From Schmidtea polychroa (Eukaryota), in assembly GCA_044892525.1 (NCBI GenBank), contig CM097886.1, positions 35,898,001-35,962,000 of the forward strand: 64,000 nucleotides of DNA. The letters are read 5' to 3'. Positions 17,697-27,755 of the stretch are shown piece by piece; positions within the stretch are counted from its first letter, which is position 1, and each line of letters starts with the position of its first letter. The position numbers and the translations under genes are program-made. Under the pieces are notes generated by a model, which searched no databases, had not been told where the DNA came from, and saw only the letters and a list, made by a program, of their open reading frames with translations.

Positions 17697-17734
17697 AATT
17701 GCGGGACGCAATTTTGATGGGTCCCCGAGTGATT
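17697..17734 (+). promoter_or_regulatory. Conserved pre-LTR hairpin and non-canonical PPT region
   Basis: AATTGCG-GGA-CGCAATT then GGGTCCCCGAGTGATT directly before TGTTGG; counterpart at 47291-47328(-). Confidence 0.7.
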
Positions 17735-18068
17735 TGTTGGGCTGAGTCGAGAATTTAATCGTTGAAAAATAAGAAAGTAGGGAAGTAGAACATTAAGAAA
17801 AATAAAAATAAAATAAATAAAATCAGAAATAAAATAGAATAGGATATAAGGAAAATAATAATTAAGACATAAGAATTAAAACAAAAAATAAAATTAAGAA
17901 AAGATTAAAATAGAACAAGTTGACAAATAAATAAAGAGGAATTCAAGAAATAATAAGGAAATTAAGGAAATAAATAGAAAAACATATTAAAAATAAAGAA
18001 AATAAGGAAAAAACAACCTAAAAACAAGAAAATTATATTAAATTAATAGAAATAAGCGGTACTCAACT

Positions 18069-18105
18069 CTGATTGGTCCGCACAAATAAGAATTTGATAT
18101 ATATA
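18069..18105 (+). promoter_or_regulatory. CCAAT box (reverse, ATTGG) and TATA-like element in LTR A
   Basis: CTGATTGG 18069-18076 and ATATATATA 18097-18105; copy B has CTGATTGG and TATATAT at the equivalent position (46761-46788). Confidence 0.5.
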
Positions 18106-18128
18106 CAACTACCAAAAACATTAAATTT

Positions 18129-18204
18129 ACTGTTAACCCCGAGCATTTCATAGGTAAGAAAGAATGTTTACTGTTTTCACTGTTAACCCCGAGCATTTCA
18201 TAGG
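18129..18204 (+). repeat. 26-bp direct repeat (period 50) bracketing a putative 50-nt GT-AG intron (18154-18203)
   Basis: ACTGTTAACCCCGAGCATTTCATAGG twice; first copy followed by TAAG giving GTAAG. Confidence 0.75.
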
Positions 18205-18627
18205 ATCGACACTACTAGCCAAGCAACCGTCATTCAGAAAACTCCACATCTATTCAAAACCAGTTCAGAGACCGAAATACCATTCATCACAATAATCAAC
18301 ATCCAACGGACCACCATTAGAACTATTTGGAACGAACAACATTGAACTTTGACTCAGCCTAACAATAGTAAGGGGTATTTCATTTGTTTATAGATTTATT
18401 TAAGTATTTGCAAAGCTAATAGTAATGTTAAATATTAACGATTAAATATTTTAGTTAACTCTCTTCATTTGATTCTCCATTTTAATAACTTTAACGTATT
18501 GATGGAATTTGTATTATTTAAGTATTTCAGAATTAATAAAATATTTTTATCCAGATGTCCGTATTTTATTTGAATTAAAGATTTTATAAATTTTCATTTA
18601 ACGAGTAACGTGGAGTTGAGATACTCC

Positions 18628-18819
18628 ATGTCATGGTATGAGGTGCCTTCGGGAGCTCAGCCGGTGGACATGGAGTATTTCAATCACGCAGCTAGATTGG
18701 GCCGAAATGTGAAGGCTTCTTCACGGGTCCTATCGCTGAAGATGCGACTGAATTATCACAATGGGTTATGGTTAAAAGAATCGCTGGTAGACAATGATTT
18801 CACAAAGATAGTCGTGTGA
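18628..18819 (+). CDS. Small LTR-encoded ORF-a (63 aa)
   Basis: VPSGAQPVDME and LKMR motifs recur in a frameshifted ORF in LTR B (46227-46441). Confidence 0.45.
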   Translation: MSWYEVPSGAQPVDMEYFNHAARLGRNVKASSRVLSLKMRLNYHNGLWLKESLVDNDFTKIVV

Positions 18820-20324
18820 ATGAAGGGATTTTCAAGGATTTGCACAGTGATTGAGGGCGTCGCATTCTTTTTTGTTTTTCTTTCGTCAAGTCGTTTTCGT
18901 AAATCTTACCCCTATTGAAAAATGAGATCCAGACAACGATTTAGTGAACTTCGTCAAAAATAACGACATCTCATAGTACGCTTCATCTGGAAACATGGTT
19001 TTATCAATTTAATTGCGACAACGTCTATTTGCCGGACTCAGTAGAACTGATTTCGTATGAAATTCCGTTATCATAGACCCGAGGTCATCTAGCCTGTCCA
19101 GATTGCATGTCAGGTTACGAAAGTATTCTAAAAACTTTAACTAACTCGAAACTATAAAATGCGAGATTCTACGAAAACCTCTCTAATATTATAATCAGAA
19201 AGTTTTTATAGACTTAGTTATTTCAAAAATTATAACAGGTAAAATATCACCAAATTTAATTAATAACATTTGTTTCTACAATAAGAGCCAGGTCATCACT
19301 GTATATATCCAAATTATTGAACCTGAGAGAAATTTTCGAATGGCTAAGGACAGGTTCCATCGAGACGGCATTACATCTGAATAGGAAAATCCGAGTAGAA
19401 TGACGCGAGTAGTAAAATGCTTCAGCATTTGGTGGAATTATTCCCTCGACGATCACTGAAAAGATCCAATAAATTTCCAAACGATGGTGATCATTCACAC
19501 AAGTTGATAAGGGTAAAATTCCGCGATGAGAACTGACGGCAGCATAAATCATGATTCAAATAAATCACTGTGCAGAGAAAATCATATGACAGCAGGATCG
19601 ATAAAATCACCGTGAAAATGGCATACACCAAGTGAGTGAGATAAGATAGTAGCCATACACGAATCCATGTGGTGAGAGCACAGAATATCGGACTAGCACA
19701 CATGATAGTCGCGACACGGGACATTCACAATAGGTCGATAATGTAATCAACTAGTTGACAGTAGTATCCGTAAATTTGGACATGTGTTATGACCGATGAG
19801 ATATCCCATTAGGGTGTTCAAGTAATGGCTGATGTAAACTCATCACATATTCTCAGACAAATGGTAGACAATATAGATAATCACATTCACTACCGAATTA
19901 AAAGTGCACTTCCAATAACAAATTTCGAATCAAAAAATATGTTGAGAATAGCGATAGTAACTTGTTTTTAATAAATTTAAATAGATAATTTATAGCAAGG
20001 TTTAGTCGCGTACTATAATGTCCCTCTACTAAAGCGTTATTATATTATTTCACCAATATTATATTTACACCCTATTAATTATTACGCCCCTCAGGTATAC
20101 AGTTAGATCAATAGAGAGTCAAAGTTAATAGCATGCGTCAAACCGATGGCATTTGGTTAAATAAACTGTTTCAACAAATAAGATCCGTGGTAAAACCGGA
20201 TTGTAGAATGAGTTTTCCTTTTTTTTTTTTTCGTCGGTCAAGCATCCACGAATGGCCGTGGGTCGTATCTAATTTATTCCAAAATCGTATGTTCTACATT
20301 TCATTAGTATTATTTATAGCAAGC

Positions 20325-21077
20325 ATGCTACCAACCACTAAATCAGCATTACGGCCGTGCTTCTCGTGCGCGGATAAAAATACGGTGATAAAGGACCTAC
20401 AAACTCAGATTGGACGTTACAAGAGGAAGATAGACGAGCTGGAAGGGACATGGTTTAGTCCCGCTCGGATGAAAGAGATCCAAAAGAAGCTCGATCGTAG
20501 CGAGCATTGCCGGGACGCGCTAATATCTGAGAGCCGTGCCCAAAGAAGTCTAATCCGAGAACAATCCGAGGCACTGCATAAGGTTTACGTGCAGGCGGCT
20601 ACAACCCGAAAAATAGTGCAGATTCCCATCCGAGAGGCCGATGACATCTTTCCGCCTCATCACAACCTTTCCTCGAATCCATCTCCACCGTTCAAGAGAC
20701 CGTGCCGAGACTGCGTCGAAACCGAATTGTCCCCCAAGCGACCAGATGTTGTCATCACGGGTACCAGTAAGCCCCCCACTGCTAGTCCATCCGTATCAGT
20801 CACCCTTCTGCAAGTGGCCTCTTCAAGCAAACCCAAGCGCAAACAACTCTCTCGTGCAGAGCGCAAGAAGAGACAGCGCGAGCGCGCCACTACAAAGCCA
20901 AACATCCCATCCATAGAGGATTCAACCAGCGGTGGCAACTCTCACGTGTCCATCGACCTAACAACGGGACCCTCGGCACGAATCATATCAGCCGCTGGCG
21001 TAATGTGGGAAGAGAACGCTTCCGAGTTTTTTAACCTCGACGAATTATTCGCCGACACTGAATGGGAGAAACAATAA
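20325..21077 (+). CDS. LTR-encoded ORF-b: CxxC, coiled coil, basic NLS, acidic/aromatic C-terminus
   Basis: LRPCFSCADKN shared with 43656-44420(-); NLS KPKRKQLSRAERKKRQR; ATG 20325 is preceded by TTTATAG. Confidence 0.8.
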   Translation: MLPTTKSALRPCFSCADKNTVIKDLQTQIGRYKRKIDELEGTWFSPARMKEIQKKLDRSEHCRDALISESRAQRSLIREQSEALHKVYVQAATTRKIVQIPIREADDIFPPHHNLSSNPSPPFKRPCRDCVETELSPKRPDVVITGTSKPPTASPSVSVTLLQVASSSKPKRKQLSRAERKKRQRERATTKPNIPSIEDSTSGGNSHVSIDLTTGPSARIISAAGVMWEENASEFFNLDELFADTEWEKQ

Positions 21078-21200
21078 AATCCCAGTGGTGGTCAGGATGA
21101 GGAACAAGGATCCGATCTATGTTGATTATGATGTTTTCTCTTCTTTCGACAAACGTTAGTAAAGTGTACAGCTGAATCCTTGTGTCATAACATTGAAATT

Positions 21201-21206
21201 AATAAA
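21201..21206 (+). terminator. Candidate LTR poly(A) signal
   Basis: AATAAA followed by T/GT-rich sequence, 120 nt after ORF-b; not verified in B. Confidence 0.35.
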
Positions 21207-21342
21207 TCTTGTTGTATTACACGTCTTCGTTCATGAATAATTAGACTTTAATTAAGTGGGTCGAGTAGAGAACCCGCGAGATCTAGTGAGAAATTCCCAA
21301 TTTGCATTCAGCGAATCCCGATAAGCGGTTGTGTAAGGAAAT

Positions 21343-21484
21343 GGACGTAAGCCCTTCTATCGGCAGTCGTGAATGGGAAGTCGAGGCCTCAGCAAGGAGT
21401 AGTTTTAAGGCAGAAGCTCACCTGCTTGCTGGCGTCTCGCCTGCATAGTGCAGTACCAACGTGAAGTGATTCACGGGCACTATG
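21343..21484 (+). ncRNA. Conserved cis-acting structured RNA near the LTR 3' end (copy A)
   Basis: Three helices covarying across LTRs A, B and C; invariant AGTACCAA bulge at 21452-21459. Confidence 0.8.
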
Positions 21485-22733
21485 TTGGAAGAAAGTTATG
21501 TGGGGTTTCACTCCAGGTTGACAAATCGGTGGCACCTTTTATTCGAGATGGACAATCAACCCTTAGACCCGTCAACGTGGTAGAGTGGTCAGCCGAGGTG
21601 TAACCCCAACAATGCTATTGCTGTTTTATGTATATTTTTGTTAATACTTTGTCATTTTCCTTATCCCAAGAGCCAAGAGTTCCGACGACTAGAGCGGCAA
21701 AATTGGTTTTGCATTTGTTACTTTTTCCAGTCTCGAGTGCTAATGTCCTATATATATTTGTAGTTGTCTACTCTAGGCGTCTGGAAGTTCTCTTCGTGAT
21801 CATAAGGTACTTAGATGTCTAGTATGCTTAATTTGTTATTACGTTTTGTTTTTATGATAAGGTCTGGTCGTAAGCATGTGTCGATACCAGGGGTTGGCAC
21901 GTAGAGTCTACTTAGAATCCTCTAGATATAAGTAACCCGGATACCCGCCATGTTTTTTATGGAACCGAAAACCGGGTAATTTTAGACTGGTATCCGGTTA
22001 ATTTCATTTAAATAATTTTTTCCATTATTTCAAATTAAATGCAAGAGCCGAATCGGTGTTCTTAAACGACTAACGTCTTTGAACGACAAAAAAGGGACAG
22101 CACTTAGCGGCCTATAGATTTCGAGATGAGCGAATGTATAGATTCGGATTATTTTGAAAGGATGCAGCTGCAAATACTAGCGATTAATTTTTGCGCTGGC
22201 GAATTAGAGATTTCCAAAAATATTTTTAATCTACATTGCATTGACCGGCCGATGACCGCGGCCCGAGGAGACTGAGCTTTCCTCGCGATATCCGTCGTTT
22301 TATGGTTAATCAATCCTTTTGTACCTGAAACATTAGTATATATTGCCTGAAAATCGAAAAATACGATTTAAGTTAATCGTTAGGCGAGAAGTCGGCTAGA
22401 CATCATTCAATAAGCACGAAGACACGTCAAGAATCGCGAACCTTCAATGTATTTATCTTTAAAAATATTTTAATTTTGAATTATCCTAAGCGTCTAAAAA
22501 GGTGTATGATATGCATGATCGTGATCTCAATTTATTTTTTTTCACTCTTTTTTGATTGATAAAATTTTAAAAAAATATTTAAATATTAGTATGACATTTT
22601 TAAAAGCTGATAGTCTTAAATAAAAATCCGTATCATTGTTGCAATAAATAATAATTATTTGTCACATTTATTATTACATTTTTCATAAAAATTCGGAAGA
22701 AAATTCCATATTTTTTGTAAACACTTGATTTGA

Positions 22734-22808
22734 CACATTTTGACCCCAGCGACATTTTGACCCCAGCGACATTTTGACCCCAACGACATTTTGACCCAAC
22801 GACATTTT
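22734..22808 (+). repeat. 17-bp tandem repeat, ~4.5 copies
   Basis: GACATTTTGACCCCA(G/A)C units. Confidence 0.9.
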
Positions 22809-22874
22809 AATTGTTTTTTATGCTCTGTTTTTATACAAAAATTACAATACTTATATATATTTTCAACTCTCAGA

Positions 22875-24215
22875 ATGACTTCAAAGAAATCTAAGGTCTG
22901 GAGTTTCTTTGTGAAAGATATTACTTCAGAAACAGCCAAATGTACCATTTGTTCTACAATTATGAAATGCAAAGGAGGTTCCACATCGTCGCTTGGAAAA
23001 CATTTGAAACTCAAACATAACACCGATATAAACCAAAATAATGACAAGTCTACCGAATTAAATCCACCAAAGAAGATGAAATTGCAAACAGGCTTAACTG
23101 ACATGCTTAAATTTGTCAACAGAAAAAAAGTAACTCTCCCAGAATGTCTAGCCAAATGCGCTGCTTACGACGGGTTTTCAATTAGAACAATATCGAAATC
23201 GTCCGTAATTAAAGACCATATTACTTTTCGGGGTTTTGAAATGCAAAAAAGTCAATCAACTATTAAGGCTATGATTCGATAATTTTGTAATTCAAAAAAA
23301 CTTGAACTTAAAAAGAAGCTATTAAAATGGAAAAAAATGGGCGTAAGATTTTCTAAAACTGTAGATGAATGATCAAATATTAAACAAACGATTTTTAAAT
23401 ATTACGTTACATGACTCTAAAGTAGGATATGCATTAGGGTTGTCAAATATTAAAAACACATGTGACGCTTTAGTATTAAAACAAATGGTATCAAGAAAAT
23501 TAAGCGAAGTGTTAATCGATTTAAACCGCCTAAATCTATATAATGATATAAACATTTTGTCAATTAAAGATTTATTACATGCTTTAATCCTTTAGAGCTG
23601 GGTGTATAGGAATTAAGCAAAAGACTCGGAAGGTTTTTAATTTTTATGTTAGAACAACTTTAAAAAATGCAGACTTCTATAAGTTTGAAGTTGTATACCG
23701 TTTTAAAAACAAGAATCTTAGAACAAAGAAACAAAGATCTTGTACCTTTGTTGATATATTTACAAGCATCGAAACTTCCAAAAACAGTTTTCGATTAAAT
23801 TTAGGCATACAGCTCTAGATCTAATGTAATGTAAGCATAATAAAAAGGCTATATCCACAAATACCGCAAGATACAGATGATAATAGAAATGTGTAAAAGG
23901 ATAGTACAGTAGAAAATGTAGAAAACGGTGGTAATAAGTTTTTAATTCAACAACTAAAAAATAGCATTTCTTCGATAAAGGCTGTTGCCAACCTTGATGA
24001 AACAAATTTAAAAATACATTTAAAAAATTTATAATCCACTGGCAAAAGAAGTTCAGTTTTGAAAAATCTGTATAATTCTTTATTGTCTATAAAGCCCACT
24101 TCAACCGAAAGTGAACGTGTACTTTTCCTTGACCAATAATTTTTGTTCAAAAATTAGAAGTTCAATGAAATATAACACATTAGATTAGTTAGTGTTATTA
24201 AAATACTACTTTTTA
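22875..24215 (+). pseudogene. hAT transposase pseudogene
   Basis: BED finger VWSFF..CTIC..GGSTSSLGKHLKLKH; C-terminal SIKPTSTESERV; multiple stops and frameshifts. Confidence 0.85.
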
Positions 24216-26972
24216 CAAAAAGAACATCACTAAAATATACTTTGTTCCTCTACCTACATATGATACATATAATAAATACAATCATTTAATTTCTTTTATA
24301 ATTGTAATAATATTGTAATATTTATTCTGTATTTTTCATGTGCAATTTGTATTATTATTGCCAAATATGTGTTAAAATGAATATTTCAGTTTTGTACTGT
24401 TACAGATATATGTAGTATGTAAGTATATGTATATATGTACCTACCGATGGAATGTAAAAATATTTTGATTGAGTAAAGTATTAATAATTATATATTATTT
24501 TGAAATAATTGTTTTTAATAGCGTTTAAGTCTTTTTTAATCAAATTAATGAAATAAAAAAAATATGTAGTTCACTATGGTGGCTCTTTAAAAAATAAATT
24601 TTCGGAAAATGTCTCTCATTGAACTCATGCGTGCCCACCCTTGTTATATAATATATTGATTTTATTTCAATACCCTATTTTTTAAAAAATGATATTAATT
24701 ATTAAAGTAAAATTAAATATCAAATTAAATATATCACGTCATATTTAATCAAAGATTCGAATATAATAGAAATTGGACTCTTAACGGCTTACAAAAGTAG
24801 TTTATTTAATAGCTTACAAAAAAATTACCCGGAACCGAACAGGATACCTTGTTATTCCTCGAAAAATATCCGTAGAATCGGGTAATGAATTAGTCCGGGT
24901 ATTTGAATGTTCTTGTATTCCTTACCATATCCATGATATTGTTGTTCTGTTTCTTCTTGGATTTGTTGTTTGTGTACAGTGGTTGAATATGAGGGCTTCT
25001 GTATCTGGTTCTTTGTTGCATAGTCTACACATTGTGTTCATGTTCTCTTTCATTCTATAGGCACTATAGTTAAGGATTATCGTGTTGTTCTAGCTGTAAT
25101 CATAAAAAAGTATTGCCTGTCTGATAGGGTTTGTGATTTGATTAGATGGGTTTATTGTTACTGGCATGCTACCGGCATGCAACAAGATTATGGATAATTT
25201 TTGTATACCAAATCCACAGTCAGCCATATAACCATTTGAGGTAAGTTTCAATTGAACGAATATTGTAATAATTGAAATTTAGATTTTATATTTATTGTCT
25301 ATATCCGATAACTTTATCTGCTGTGAAAACGATATTGCAAACACTTCCACATTTTATTGAGGTGTTAGCTGTTGCTCTACCTGGCTGATGAATATTTAAA
25401 CATGCTTAAAAACAGTTCAAAATGCAAAGAAAAAAATATATATGTGTGTAGGGGATGTTTTTTAAACCATCCAGACCCCTCTCATTTTTGCCTACGTCAT
25501 TGCTTATATTTAATGGAGAAAGTGGAAAAAATTTATCGAAATTATATTTACAGGAATAGTTCATATGGAGTTATATGCTCACTACAACTACCCGTCCTAT
25601 TGATTTAGGACTATAATAATGAATATAATTGTTGTGTTGTCGGTGAAATATAAATTTAGCAATTATTTTTCTGGATCAAAAGCGTGCCTTGGTTAGCAAC
25701 GGTAACAAACTCCAGACAATATAAACTTTTATTGATTAACACAATTAATTTCTAATTTACAGCGACATCAGTAATTCAATATTAGAACAATGACTTCAGT
25801 GAGGAATAATACGTTTACTATACTTGGAATTCACAACTATTGGACTATTGTTTTTACTTTCGATGATTGGTAGATTTCATCTATTTATTTTCTTAGCTTT
25901 AATTTGAATTTACTCGATGACCTTAATTTGTTTTAAATAGTAAAGGGAAACTGATGAAGAAAGCCCTGTAGTTATGCAATATATGTACATTTCTAATAAA
26001 AAGATCTATATAAATCGCGGGCTTCTTGAGACAGTAATATAGAATCGAGTTGATTGATCGATTGTTGAGACCATCATTCTCAACATTCACTGAATGGCAT
26101 AAAGATTACATTATCAGGAATGTCTCTCCTTTGCATAACATTTGTGTATTTAATATTTTCATGTAAGAATTTCACGTTCATTGCAATATCAGCTAAATTT
26201 AATTCTTCCCTACAGTGACATGGTATTGGTGCTCTTTAATCCAATATTTTATTCTTATGCATTTTTTCAATATGTAAATTTATGACATCAATTTGAGTTT
26301 CATAGTAAAAACTTGCAGGGCGCTTTTTGTCCTGTTTATTTTATGTAACACAGATAAGACTGTTTAGATCAGATATGTTGAGTTCATAGCGAGTGCTAAA
26401 TTCTTTACTTACTGCCATTTTATGTCCTGGTAGGTTGCAGTGATCTAGAATATTCTTAAATATAATGAGCACTATCTGAAATCTGTCATTTTTGTCATCA
26501 CGGCACTGATGACATATAATAATTGAGTCGAAATCAAGTTCATGTATCTTGATTGCATGATTTACCAGATCACTTTTATGGATGATACATCTTTCACGAC
26601 TTAATATTCAGTAATAATTCTCCATTGTGTTCTACATTGCAAATTTCCCTTTGTATTAAGATAGATCATTGAAATTGTAATCCGTAGGGTTTGATATACC
26701 TCTACCAAATTTTGGCGAGTGTATAGGTATTCCTGATTTAATGGTTCGTTGATGATCATTTGAGATGGGCTGTTCATTTGTATCAAGTATATCATCAATA
26801 GTAAGTAATGGTGAATAGGTTATTGATGGTTCAAGAGAAGATAGGATGGGTTTCCCTTGTGAGACAATAACTTCTTCTTCAACATATCTTACATTAGCAT
26901 AATCTTCCATGTTTTGTACAATTGAGAATATTTTATTGAGTTCTTTATTGATCGGATATTGTTATGTCTTTT

Positions 26973-27755
26973 GGGTCTAGGACATTACCCCCCCCCCCCC
27001 CCACAGTTACATAATATAAATAGGAATGTTACACACGCAATAGATTATTCATTACTCCATTATTACCCAACCATCTTCATTTATAAACAATGAAAAATAT
27101 AGTTCCACAGAAATAATTTAACATGGAGAAGGTTGAGAGTATACGTTGGATCTCTACATGAACACACGCATGCATCAAATTCAGCACGATGTGAAGTTTT
27201 GCAAGTAAGAAAAAAAAGCCCAGCTGACCATCCAAACAATTGATGTTTTTAGATAATTTTTCAAAGGGAACAATCATTTTTGAATGTGCTAATTTCTCAG
27301 CGACTTGGAGGTCATCCAGTGGAACTTTCGCGAAAGAAATATCGTGACTGCAATGCTCGGATTAAGAACATTGTTGGTGAATTTGCTAATAAAGACCATT
27401 TTGAATACTTGCGAGGGATTGCACATAACATGCATCTGTAATAGTTGGTAAAATTTATTGCATTCTATTTTTGTATTTAATAGTAGTCATTTACCTCATT
27501 TTATTTTTAATTTTTATGCAGTGTGGCTAAATATTTGTTTTGTAATTTAACTTTTGAATACATAACATTCAGTTGTAATAGTTGGTAAAATTTAATGCAT
27601 TTTATTTTTGTATTTTTGGACAATTTAATAATTGATATTATAAATATTAGATCTAGATAAAACATAGTCATATATATTGATAGATAAATGATTGGGCGGA
27701 TAATGTCAGGGGTAATGGCAGATGGGTAATTGACTGGGGGTAATATCCTGCTTCC
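26973..27755 (+). mobile_element. Non-autonomous MULE (Mutator-like) element, 783 bp
   Basis: 9-bp TSD ATGTCTTTT (26964-26972 / 27756-27764); imperfect TIR GG....AGGA(C/T)ATTACCCCC; transposase C-terminus KKYRDCNARIKNIVGEFANKDHFEYLRGIAHN. Confidence 0.85.

Larger units (their letters stand above)
1..21611 (+). mobile_element. Giant Ty3/gypsy-type LTR retroelement, copy A (5' part outside window)
   Basis: PR-RT-RH-IN order in the polyprotein; accessory ORFs; 3' LTR 17735-21611 with TGTTGG...CCAACA termini; colinear homolog on the minus strand at 43121-64000. Confidence 0.95.
17735..21611 (+). repeat. 3' LTR of copy A (3877 bp)
   Basis: Starts TGTTGGGCT and ends CCCCAACA; same termini in B and C; colinear content (A-rich block, CCAAT, ORFs, structured RNA); unrelated LINE begins right after. 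Confidence 0.85.
21923..24914 (+). mobile_element. Decayed hAT DNA transposon (ends approximate)
   Basis: Subterminal inverted CCGGGTAATTTT (21972-21983 / 24821-24832); transposase remnant inside; interrupts the LINE; TSD not clean. Confidence 0.7.

Noticed and set aside
17730-17734. TGATT as LTR start
   Set aside because: Solo LTR C begins at TGTTGGGCT next to its TSD, and A and B end in CCAACA, so the boundary is 5 nt further in
22734-22808. CRISPR-like array
   Set aside because: Head-to-tail repeats with no spacers, no cas genes, eukaryotic context
25255-25910. Insert with a Cys/His-containing 78-aa ORF (25372-25608)
   Set aside because: No TIR/TSD or domain recognised; cannot be supported as a gene
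26984-27002. G15 on the minus strand followed by TAATG as PPT + LTR start
   Set aside because: Explained as part of the MULE left TIR, bounded by a perfect 9-bp TSD
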